Virus record (IMG/VR): IMGVR_UViG_3300011409_000016
Coordinates: 1-24,973 of that record
Strand: one strand, 5' to 3'
Origin: a virus
Lineage: Duplodnaviria > Caudoviricetes
DNA: 24,973 nt
In this document: positions 17,650-24,540 of the stretch, piece by piece
Layout of the letters: every line of letters starts with the position of its first letter
Position numbering within the stretch: position 1 is the first letter of the stretch
Program-made: the position numbers and the translations under genes
Notes under the pieces: generated by a model
What the model was told of the DNA's origin: nothing
Databases searched by the model: none
The model's input: only the letters and a program-made list of their open reading frames with translations

Positions 17650-17841
17650 CTACCGCATCTGGAGTGAGGGAAGGGAGAGGTTCCCTGAGAGGTTGCCGAT
17701 CAGCCAGAGGATCAGGAGGATCACCATGATCACGATGAGGATTTGCTTGAACGGCTCCGGCATCGGGATGTACGTGAGGATCAGATAGCAGATGAACCCG
17801 ATCAATGCCAGCGTCAGGAAGAGCACGAGCAGTCCGGTCAT
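17650..17841 (-). CDS. Small two-TM membrane protein (Thivi_2564-like; possible holin)
   Basis: Two hydrophobic helices around YIPMPEPFKQIL; GGGAG RBS. Confidence 0.8.
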   Translation of the reverse strand: MTGLLVLFLTLALIGFICYLILTYIPMPEPFKQILIVIMVILLILWLIGNLSGNLSLPSLQMR

Positions 17842-17879
17842 GTTGTGATTCTCCCATAATCAGATCATGAAATGGAATG

Positions 17880-17907
17880 AAGGAAAGAGGAGCACCGTTC
17901 GCTCCTC
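17880..17907 (-). terminator. Putative intrinsic terminator
   Basis: GAGGAGC-GAACGGU-GCUCCUC followed by UUUCCUU. Confidence 0.55.
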
Positions 17908-17922
17908 CTCCGTTCGGTGGTG

Positions 17923-18096
17923 TTACTTCTTCGATGGTTCCTGGCCAGCACCGGAGCCCGTCTTCGGTCCCGGTCCCGGCGTCCCGGACTTCGCACCGCC
18001 GGAGCCCGGCATCTCCGTGGGGTTCTTTTCGTTGGGATAGGTCGTGCCCGTGCCCGGTCGCTCAGGATCGAATGCCGGCTTCTTCTCATCACTCAT
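17923..18096 (-). CDS. Small disordered Gly/Pro-rich protein
   Basis: Start at ATG 18096 with GGGAGG RBS; MSDEKKPAFDPERPG...; 57 aa. Confidence 0.75.
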   Translation of the reverse strand: MSDEKKPAFDPERPGTGTTYPNEKNPTEMPGSGGAKSGTPGPGPKTGSGAGQEPSKK

Positions 18097-18187
18097 GCTA
18101 ACCTCCCGTGTTGAAAATTGAATTGAGTTGAACGAGTGCATCCCACGCTTTTCGCATTCCACATTAGGGGGCACCCCCCTCGCGAAT

Positions 18188-18409
18188 TTATTTTTTCGCG
18201 TGCTTCTTTTTCTTCTTCGTGTCGTCGATGTCATCCTCCTCTTCGAGCATTCGATCCACATCCTGGTCATCCGCGAATCGTTCGTCGCGTTCGTCCTTCT
18301 CGATGTTGAGATGATCGAACCATTCGCCTTTGAGCTTGCGGTCCGCTGCTTCATCCTCTACGTATACGCTCTGCCCTTCTCGGTTGTGCCGATAGCAAGG
18401 ATAGCTCAT
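18188..18409 (-). CDS. Small acidic protein with poly-Lys tail
   Basis: 73 aa, strong purine-rich RBS. Confidence 0.75.
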   Translation of the reverse strand: MSYPCYRHNREGQSVYVEDEAADRKLKGEWFDHLNIEKDERDERFADDQDVDRMLEEEDDIDDTKKKKKHAKK

Positions 18410-18427
18410 GTCCCTCTCTCCTCCTTC

Positions 18428-18868
18428 TTAGTGAACGTGCTTGTCTGTTGTGCTGAGCATAGCGGCGATGTCTAACGCCCTGGCTCGTAGCTCCTCTGTT
18501 GAGAGGGAGGAGAGTTCCTCCTGCAGCGAGAGGGTACCGGAATGTTCGACCAACTCCTTCGGCTTCCCCTTCGCATAATACCAGAGCATACATTCCACAG
18601 CCGGTCGGAGATCTCTATTTCGTAGGTCCTCCAGTAAACGAGCCCGGTATATCGGATCCTCGACCATCGCGAGGCAATCGAGCTTTGCAAGCAAAGGTAC
18701 TTTTTTCTTTTTGTCTGCTCGTTCCTGCATCGCATCAGCTTTTCTGGCAGAAAACCGGTGCGGGCCTTGATGATTCTCCTTCTTGATGCAGCTAACGCCG
18801 AACTTTTTCGTGTCGCAGCGTGTGATTGTTTTTCTTCCTGGTCGAACAAACGTGATTTTCGATCGCAT
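18428..18868 (-). CDS. Putative terminase small subunit
   Basis: First gene of the late operon; C-terminal YYAKGKPKELVEHSG...LSTEEL pattern is typical of TerS-like proteins. Confidence 0.62.
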   Translation of the reverse strand: MRSKITFVRPGRKTITRCDTKKFGVSCIKKENHQGPHRFSARKADAMQERADKKKKVPLLAKLDCLAMVEDPIYRARLLEDLRNRDLRPAVECMLWYYAKGKPKELVEHSGTLSLQEELSSLSTEELRARALDIAAMLSTTDKHVH

Positions 18869-19124
18869 CGTTTACTCCACGCTTTTCTGAAGTGCGAATC
18901 ACCAATAAATCGTGCGTGCAATCGTTGTTTTCCGCTTTTCCACGATTGAATTGCATTTCATGCGGCGTTTATTGGTGTTTTCAGCACTCAATCGCCCATG
19001 AATGGTGCATAAAATCGCAATTTCGGATGCCGTTTATCTGACTGAGGGTGATCCTTCTGCGACTAACTATGACCCTTCCTCCTCAGAGGAAACGGCTTTT
19101 GCACGAACCCCACGTTCATCCTGT

Positions 19125-19360
19125 GTTTATATGGAGAAATCGTTGTTTCGAGCAATTCACTATTTTTTTGGAGAGGGTAGGGTAGGCCCTGGCAGAGCCT
19201 CGTCGCCGCTCGTTCCGTTGCATTTCCCCTATGAAGATGACTCGTTTAAGGTTATGTTTGTGATCTTTTTTTTCTCACAGAATTTTGAACAACAAGGATA
19301 CACACAGGGGGGGTAACGTTGACGTGAATTATCCCCTTTAGCGGATTTCTCCATATAAAC
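19125..19360. repeat. Perfect 17-bp inverted repeat in the divergent intergenic region
   Basis: GTTTATATGGAGAAATC at 19125-19141 and GATTTCTCCATATAAAC at 19344-19360. Confidence 0.9.
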
Positions 19361-19494
19361 CGGCCTTGTTTCCACTGCTCTCTGGAGAAGAACGCCGACC
19401 GGGCTCAGCCGACAACAAAGTTCTTGCTCGTTAACCTAGTTAACCGGATAATCTCTCCGCTCTGCGAGAGAGCCGAGAGGAGCGAACCAAATCT

Positions 19495-19980
19495 ATGCCG
19501 AAGAAAGGCTATCAACAAACCGACGTCCATCGCCAACGTATTGCCATAGGCCATAAAGGATTGAAACGGACGGCCGCACAACGCCGACGCATGTCGCTCG
19601 CGCAAACCGGTGTCAAACGAAAATGGTCCAAGGAAGCACGACAACGAATGAAACAGACGCAACTGAAACGATATGAACGGGAACGTCGAGTGCGTGCCGG
19701 AAAGATCTGGGACCAAGACCGACAACTCATGAGGGAGTGGGCCGAAGAAGAACGGCGACTGGATCGGGAGCACGGACCGTGGCCCGTTCAACAACGGCCG
19801 ATCAGGCCATATCTCCGAAAGATCCGACGACGAGCGAGTATACGACCCTGCACGCACCCTCTCCTGAGGGGAAACGTACGTCCATGTTGGCACCGTCGAT
19901 CTCTTCGGCTCCGCTGCCCTAAATGCCATCGAAAATACTGCCCTGAATGTCAACATCATGCCAAGAAAAAAAGGCTATAA
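19495..19980 (+). CDS. Basic protein with NUMOD3-like repeats and C-terminal Cys cluster
   Basis: KGYQQTDVHRQRIAIGHKG / KRTAAQRRRMSLAQTG / WSKEARQRMK repeats; CPKC...CPEC; GAGGAG RBS. Confidence 0.68.
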   Translation: MPKKGYQQTDVHRQRIAIGHKGLKRTAAQRRRMSLAQTGVKRKWSKEARQRMKQTQLKRYERERRVRAGKIWDQDRQLMREWAEEERRLDREHGPWPVQQRPIRPYLRKIRRRASIRPCTHPLLRGNVRPCWHRRSLRLRCPKCHRKYCPECQHHAKKKRL

Positions 19981-20401
19981 GCATACGCGACAGGAACGAG
20001 CGGCCATTGCCTCAGGTATGCGAACACGACACGAGAAAGTGCGCGTGGCGATGGCTCGCTACTACAAAGAGAAAGGCTCGCCACCTCGAACCAAACCGGA
20101 TCCTCCCTCGACACCGGTGCCTCCGTCTGCCTCTTCGATCTCTCACCCGAAGTTCGAGCAATGGGGACTCTACGGCTTTCGAGAAGACGGAGACTACTAT
20201 TTTCGCCATGAGCGATTCGATTCACTCATCGACTTGCAGGAATGGATGAAGAAAGTTCAACCACCCATCCCTCGACCGCTCTGGACCTATACGACATCAG
20301 GACGCACACTGGAAGAATGCTTTATGCCGATTCGGATTCCTCCCTCCGCACTCCAAACTCTCGGCCACCGCTTTCAGCAACTAAAGGAGAAAAAGAAATG
20401 A
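19958..20401 (+). CDS. Hypothetical protein with NUMOD3-like N-terminus
   Basis: MPRKKGYKHTRQERAAIASG; overlap-coupled with its neighbours. Confidence 0.65.
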   Translation: MPRKKGYKHTRQERAAIASGMRTRHEKVRVAMARYYKEKGSPPRTKPDPPSTPVPPSASSISHPKFEQWGLYGFREDGDYYFRHERFDSLIDLQEWMKKVQPPIPRPLWTYTTSGRTLEECFMPIRIPPSALQTLGHRFQQLKEKKK

Positions 20402-20715
20402 CCATCGGCACCCACTGGGTTCGAGCCGCAGCCGAAGAGATCGAGAATGATATTGACGACAACACGCCCTACACGCGGGCGATTGAGTACATCATCGAAA
20501 CGATTAACAAACACTGTCCCTTCAAACAGGATACGGCCTATCGGGAAATCACGAACGCGGATTATCCATCCGATCAACCCTGGCGTGATGCCGGATGGCT
20601 GCGCATGTACGCAGAAAAGATTCGCAACGGAACGGCTGCCGAATTCAGTACGGAGAACGCGTCGGCAACCCTTGACGACATTGCGAACCGAATGCTGTTG
20701 AGGAGCAACGCATGA
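20398..20715 (+). CDS. Hypothetical protein
   Basis: Start at ATG 20398 (AAGGAG RBS, ATGA overlap): MTIGTHWVRAAAEE... Confidence 0.75.
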   Translation: MTIGTHWVRAAAEEIENDIDDNTPYTRAIEYIIETINKHCPFKQDTAYREITNADYPSDQPWRDAGWLRMYAEKIRNGTAAEFSTENASATLDDIANRMLLRSNA

Positions 20716-20837
20716 TCCGCGACTTCATGATCCTGCTCGATGCCTCCGACTGGGCCTTCGGGCTCATGATCATTCTGATGCTCGTCGTACTCCTCTCCCT
20801 CCTCCTGATCGGAGAAAAGAAAGGATCACCGAAATGA
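20712..20837 (+). CDS. Small single-TM membrane protein (41 aa), missed by the ORF track
   Basis: MIRDFMILLDASDWAFGLMIILMLVVLLSLLLIGEKKGSPK; GAGGAG RBS; ATGA overlaps at both ends. Confidence 0.72.
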   Translation: MIRDFMILLDASDWAFGLMIILMLVVLLSLLLIGEKKGSPK

Positions 20838-21052
20838 ATACGGGCGTCTATCGAAAAATCGAAGGCCGGACCGGCGTCGGGCAACTCTACGAATTCGATT
20901 GCCTCTGCCGACATCATACCACCGGAGAGGAGTTCGTCGTCTACGTGCCGCTCCGAATCGAACCGAACTGGACAGGCACCGTACGTCATTGCGTCCTCGA
21001 ACGGAAAGCCTTTGAGAAAAAGTTCGAGTACGTGAGCGAAGGACTCCCATGA
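20834..21052 (+). CDS. DUF1653-like protein
   Basis: GVYR...Y...RHHTTGEEFVVYVPL...F...F pattern. Confidence 0.7.
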   Translation: MNTGVYRKIEGRTGVGQLYEFDCLCRHHTTGEEFVVYVPLRIEPNWTGTVRHCVLERKAFEKKFEYVSEGLP

Positions 21053-21225
21053 ACATCAACCTCTACACCCAGAGGTTCACTCTCTCGAAGTGGACCGTGC
21101 GACGATACTCCCGGACTACCGAAGAGGAACGGAAATGGACACTCCTCGCACGGCTGGGACGCTACGATATTCATCTCTCCATCACATGGCGCATCGGGTT
21201 CTTCAGAAAGGAGCACGGACTCTAA
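21049..21225 (+). CDS. Small hypothetical protein (58 aa), missed by the ORF track
   Basis: MNINLYTQRFTLSKW...RKEHGL; ATGA and TAATG overlaps; AAGGA RBS. Confidence 0.65.
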   Translation: MNINLYTQRFTLSKWTVRRYSRTTEEERKWTLLARLGRYDIHLSITWRIGFFRKEHGL

Positions 21226-21560
21226 TGTCATTTGATTGTCCTCCATGGAATCCGGAAACGGACCCGGTCCTCCTGGCACTCCTCGGAAAGTTTATCGAGG
21301 AGTTGTCAGAATGTTCGCACATGGCCGCTCGCTGTCTCATTCAAGGCATCGGAGAAGTGGAGCCGGTCACGTTCCTTCCGAATCGCGGAGAGTTGGAAAA
21401 GGAAATCGCGGATGTGCTGGCCACGGCGGAATTGGTCTGCATCAACCTTCGGCTGGACCGTCGCGCTATGCAGGAACGGCAGATCTCCAAGATGTCTCAC
21501 CTCGACGGCTGGCATGCCCGTTTACGAAAGGACCAGGCTAATGGATCCCCGCTTCTCTGA
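21225..21560 (+). CDS. MazG-like nucleotide pyrophosphohydrolase
   Basis: Start at ATG 21225 (AAGGAG RBS); KFIEELSEC...LEKEIADVL matches the EExxE...ExxD metal-binding motif. Confidence 0.78.
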   Translation: MSFDCPPWNPETDPVLLALLGKFIEELSECSHMAARCLIQGIGEVEPVTFLPNRGELEKEIADVLATAELVCINLRLDRRAMQERQISKMSHLDGWHARLRKDQANGSPLL

Positions 21561-21741
21561 TCATCTCCATGTGCTGAAAAAGGATCTCCTGGCTGCGGCA
21601 CGGCCGCTCCTCCGGGACTTCACCTATCGGACGGGTGTCTGTCCCAGAAGCGTTCGCTTTACGATGATCGAAAGCACCACACACGGCGATGCCCTCTCGA
21701 AATATGAACTGGCTGGAGTCAAAGTGGAGTTTGATTTATGA
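21541..21741 (+). CDS. Small hypothetical protein
   Basis: MDPRFSDHL...VEFDL; AAGGA RBS; ATGA overlap downstream. Confidence 0.65.
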   Translation: MDPRFSDHLHVLKKDLLAAARPLLRDFTYRTGVCPRSVRFTMIESTTHGDALSKYELAGVKVEFDL

Positions 21742-22076
21742 ACCGACGCACCTTTCTCCGTGGCACACTGCTCTCCGTCGCCGGCTCGCAAGCTCTGGTC
21801 CGCTTGGCCACGCCGGCCGAATCCGAAGCGTTGATTCCTCAACGAGCACTCGTGCTCGGACATCCGCAACCGGAAACCGACCCGACAATCGCTTTCATGG
21901 ATGCGCCAGAGGTATACATGCGGCGACCGGCCGATGGCGCGTTTCTCTGCATCGGCATCTGTACGAAGATCGAGGTGCACACGCCCACATTCGATTCGTC
22001 ATCGGCCTGGGACGGAGAAGTACGATTGATTCCAGGATTGAATCGTGGCAAACTCTTTTTTGAAGGACAACGATAG
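21738..22076 (+). CDS. Protein with twin-arginine (Tat)-like signal
   Basis: MNRRTFLRGTLLSVAGSQALVRLA; GGAG RBS. Confidence 0.72.
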   Translation: MNRRTFLRGTLLSVAGSQALVRLATPAESEALIPQRALVLGHPQPETDPTIAFMDAPEVYMRRPADGAFLCIGICTKIEVHTPTFDSSSAWDGEVRLIPGLNRGKLFFEGQR

Positions 22077-22078
22077 CC

Positions 22079-22390
22079 ATGCCACTCTTTGACTATCGAT
22101 GTCCTGCATGCGGGTGGGAAGAGGAAGTCCTCGTACAGAGAACGGAGGATCAGGTGATCTGTCGAGGCCGATGCAATCGCCTGAGTGTCCGTTACATTGG
22201 ACCAGAGGAACGGCCACCGATGAAACTCGATCTGCAGATGATGGACCGGCTCTTTCCGAATCGCTCTGGTAAGCCGATCATCAACGGCTTCAATGAGGAG
22301 AACGGCTACTCCACGCCGGACGAGCGGTTCAAACCCTCTGGCATTCCCGGCATCAAAGTGCAAACGAGAAAGGGACGCGGATGGGGATAA
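22079..22390 (+). CDS. FmdB-like zinc-ribbon protein
   Basis: MPLFDYRCPACG...VICRGRC. Confidence 0.8.
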   Translation: MPLFDYRCPACGWEEEVLVQRTEDQVICRGRCNRLSVRYIGPEERPPMKLDLQMMDRLFPNRSGKPIINGFNEENGYSTPDERFKPSGIPGIKVQTRKGRGWG

Positions 22391-22620
22391 ATTTTCGGTC
22401 GGATGCATTTGCCCTGGCATTGTCGCCATTGGAGAGAGGCCCGTGGATTGAAGTCGAGTGGCTCGATGGCCACGGCGATGAAGCACTCCGGCTCCTCGAA
22501 TACCGACTGGTTTCAATCGGGATTCAATCTGTTACGGGGACTCGACGTTGGTGGTACTGGAGCACGGTACTCCGTCGTACGGTAAATGTGCTGAGGGTGA
22601 GCTATGTTCTTCGAACGTGA
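22381..22620 (+). CDS. Hypothetical protein
   Basis: 79 aa, tiles the operon. Confidence 0.55.
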   Translation: MGINFRSDAFALALSPLERGPWIEVEWLDGHGDEALRLLEYRLVSIGIQSVTGTRRWWYWSTVLRRTVNVLRVSYVLRT

Positions 22621-22804
22621 CAATCCCATTCGAATCCCGCCACGAACCTTTGCCATGAAGAAAAGGGAGGACGGTGTCTGGGTGCTCGATCGCGCCGCTA
22701 CCAACGCGTTCACATTTGTCTTTTTCGATGAGCCTGGGTATGCCTCGTTCGAGGAGTGCGAAGCATACTTTACAGAAAGGATGCGCAATCGCGATGAAAA
22801 ATGA
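22604..22804 (+). CDS. Hypothetical protein
   Basis: 66 aa, GAGGGTG RBS-like, tiles the operon. Confidence 0.65.
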   Translation: MFFERDNPIRIPPRTFAMKKREDGVWVLDRAATNAFTFVFFDEPGYASFEECEAYFTERMRNRDEK

Positions 22805-23003
22805 ATCCTACCTTCGGGTACTCGAACGAGATGGCCGACGCTATCGGGAACTGTCGGCTGGTGAAGCACGGGCCATGTTTGAAGGCACGGAGAAACAGCG
22901 TTCACATTTTTGGAACCTGCATCATCGCCAGAACATCGTGGTCATCGACGGAGATTTTTTCTGGGACGAAGGCCCGGTGCCCAAGATAGGAAAGAGAACA
23001 TGA
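22794..23003 (+). CDS. Hypothetical protein
   Basis: MKNESYLRVLERDG...; ATGA overlap with the SLOG gene. Confidence 0.62.
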   Translation: MKNESYLRVLERDGRRYRELSAGEARAMFEGTEKQRSHFWNLHHRQNIVVIDGDFFWDEGPVPKIGKRT

Positions 23004-23371
23004 TCGCCATAGGCGTCGTGGGCTCGAGACGTCGCGATGATCTGGACTCGATGCGAGAGGTTGCACGAGCCGTGGAAGTGTTGATGCTCCGCTATCGGAA
23101 CAAGATTACGGCCATCGTGTCCGGTGGGTGTCCGACAGGTGCGGATCGGCTGGCTCCTCTCCTCGCAAAGAAATACGGGCTTACGCTCGTGGTCCATTAT
23201 CCAGATTGGAAACGCTACGGACAGGCGGCACCCTTCGTGCGCAACGAGAAAGTAGCCGACGACGCTTCGTATCTGGTGGCAGCCGTAGCAGAGGACCGGA
23301 CCGGAGGCACGGAGGATACGATCAAAAAGTTTCTCAAGAGGAGGCCGAAGCGATGCCTGACGCTCGTGTAA
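23000..23371 (+). CDS. SLOG superfamily protein (YspA/DUF2493-like)
   Basis: Start at ATG 23000; IGVVGSR, IVSGGCPTGAD, PDWKRYGQAAPFVRN and GGTEDTI motifs. Confidence 0.88.
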   Translation: MIAIGVVGSRRRDDLDSMREVARAVEVLMLRYRNKITAIVSGGCPTGADRLAPLLAKKYGLTLVVHYPDWKRYGQAAPFVRNEKVADDASYLVAAVAEDRTGGTEDTIKKFLKRRPKRCLTLV

Positions 23372-23373
23372 AA

Positions 23374-23613
23374 ATGTTTCCCATCATGTCGGGCTCTGGA
23401 AGTTATCGCGGCACGATCACGGAGATCCCGTGGTCCACGATTTCGAAGCATGCGCGACAAGCGAGAGAGAATCATTATCAAACGATTGAACGGCTGGCAG
23501 AGCGTGGCGGCCTGTGGGCCAGTGAAGCCGTGGCCGTGTTAGAAGATCGCGAGTGGCATCATATGGACCTATCGGCCGCAGAGAAGCGGTTGAGAGAATT
23601 GATACGGCTGTAA
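23374..23613 (+). CDS. Conserved phage hypothetical protein
   Basis: IPW..I..H..QA..NHYQTIERLAERGGL...EAVAVLEDR.W motif recognised from phage proteins. Confidence 0.78.
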   Translation: MFPIMSGSGSYRGTITEIPWSTISKHARQARENHYQTIERLAERGGLWASEAVAVLEDREWHHMDLSAAEKRLRELIRL

Positions 23614-23810
23614 CTCCACCAGAAGGGACAGAAAGTAGCACCTCAAAAGGGGGGGGTATCGTACCTGGTACGCACCGGGCTCCTCCTAACCCACGGATTT
23701 TGCCCTGGCATGCCATCCGGAATATCTAGCAATTTCGTACTTCGTATTTTCTGGTGTAAATATGGACGTAATAAATCCAAAAGTCGGCCAAATCCGCACG
23801 CTTCGTTCTT

Positions 23811-24121
23811 CCCTTTCTGCCCTGCAGAGAGGGATAATAGAGTCCTCGGGTGGGAGAGCGGTAGGAAGGGTACGCAGCCTAGAGCCCAAGCGGCCAAGTG
23901 CTAATGCGGTAATCCCCTTCAGGTCTTCCCCACAGCGAGCTTTCTTTCTCAACAAAATAGCGACCGGCTTCCAGAAAAGCGTTCTAAGGAAGGCACCTAA
24001 ATCCTTCCTGTCCTGCGGGACACGCAAGCACTGGAGACAAACCCACCAATGGCTGGTCGCCTTCAGTATCCAATGTCGAGGCTGAAATCGAATGCGTAGC
24101 ACGCAATGTGTGGGCAGAAAG
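23811..24121 (+). ncRNA. Candidate large structured non-coding RNA (unassigned)
   Basis: Nested stems with G-U pairs consistent with the + strand; no convincing ORF; details in findings. Confidence 0.5.
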
Positions 24122-24144
24122 AAGTCAAGCAGCGTTGGATATGA

Positions 24145-24215
24145 GATGAGGACAGGAGCCTAGCACGCTCCTGTAAATCCCTCGTGGCATTCAGCCGCGA
24201 TTGGTTCCAAGGCCA
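24145..24215 (+). ncRNA. Three-hairpin RNA motif, copy 1
   Basis: GATGAGGA-[CAGGAGC/GCTCCTG]-TAAATCCC-[TCGTGGC ATTCA GCCGCGA]-T-TGGTTCCAAGGCCA. Confidence 0.75.
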
Positions 24216-24222
24216 AACGAAA

Positions 24223-24291
24223 ATGAAAATCGAAATGTCCGACGCTCGTTTCGCGGAGATGCTCGCAAAGTTCGGTGGAAGGAAATCCTAA
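24223..24291 (+). CDS. Possible 22-aa peptide
   Basis: MKIEMSDARFAEMLAKFGGRKS, starts 7 nt after RNA motif copy 1; TAATG-coupled to the next ORF; no clear SD. Confidence 0.4.
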   Translation: MKIEMSDARFAEMLAKFGGRKS

Positions 24292-24431
24292 TGACATTCG
24301 CATATAGAGGGTATCTGATTCGAAAGAACGATCTCACCGGGCTCTGGTGGGTAGAGAAGGGTGGTTCGTTCATCTGCTATGCGACAGACCGAACGCATGC
24401 GATGAAAATTATCGATACCGAACTGAGCTGA
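24291..24431 (+). CDS. Small hypothetical protein (46 aa)
   Basis: MTFAYRGYLIRKNDLTGLWWVEKGG...AMKIID; GGAAGGA RBS. Confidence 0.72.
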   Translation: MTFAYRGYLIRKNDLTGLWWVEKGGSFICYATDRTHAMKIIDTELS

Positions 24432-24501
24432 TGAGGACAACGCATCCCCGTGCGTTGTAAATCCCCGGCTGCATTCCGCAGTCGTTATGGTTCCAAGGCC
24501 A
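24430..24501 (+). ncRNA. Three-hairpin RNA motif, copy 2
   Basis: GATGAGGA-[CAACGCA/TGCGTTG]-TAAATCCC-[CGGCTGC ATTCC GCAGTCG]-TTA-TGGTTCCAAGGCCA. Confidence 0.75.
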
Positions 24502-24540
24502 TTCAGGATTTCAACAACATCGATGATGAAGATAAGCACA

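Noticed and set aside
18100-18187. Riboswitch-like fold upstream of the 57-aa gene
   Set aside because: Short stems (AGGGG/CCCCT, GCGAG/CTCGT) exist but I could not match a known aptamer consensus.
19002-19316. 104-aa plus-strand ORF in the divergent region
   Set aside because: No RBS, low-complexity T-tract-derived sequence, and it overlaps the inverted repeat; more likely non-coding.
19319-19360. Sigma70 promoter from TTGACG
   Set aside because: No acceptable -10 hexamer at 16-18 bp spacing.
23822-23845. Group I intron or RNase P core (GCAGAGA...ATAGAGTCC)
   Set aside because: Only superficial similarity; no P7 GACUA partner and no GAGGAAAGUCC/ACAGAA pair.
23643-24102. ORFs on both strands across the structured region (e.g. 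23762-24085 +, 23686-24102 -)
   Set aside because: No RBS, no protein-like motifs or coupling to neighbours; nested base-pairing explains the sequence better.
24428-24501. Hammerhead ribozyme (CTGATGA) or pistol ribozyme (stem then TAAAT)
   Set aside because: No GAAA after stem II in copy 2, copy 1 has GAGATGA rather than CTGATGA, and the first loop has no downstream pseudoknot partner as pistol requires.
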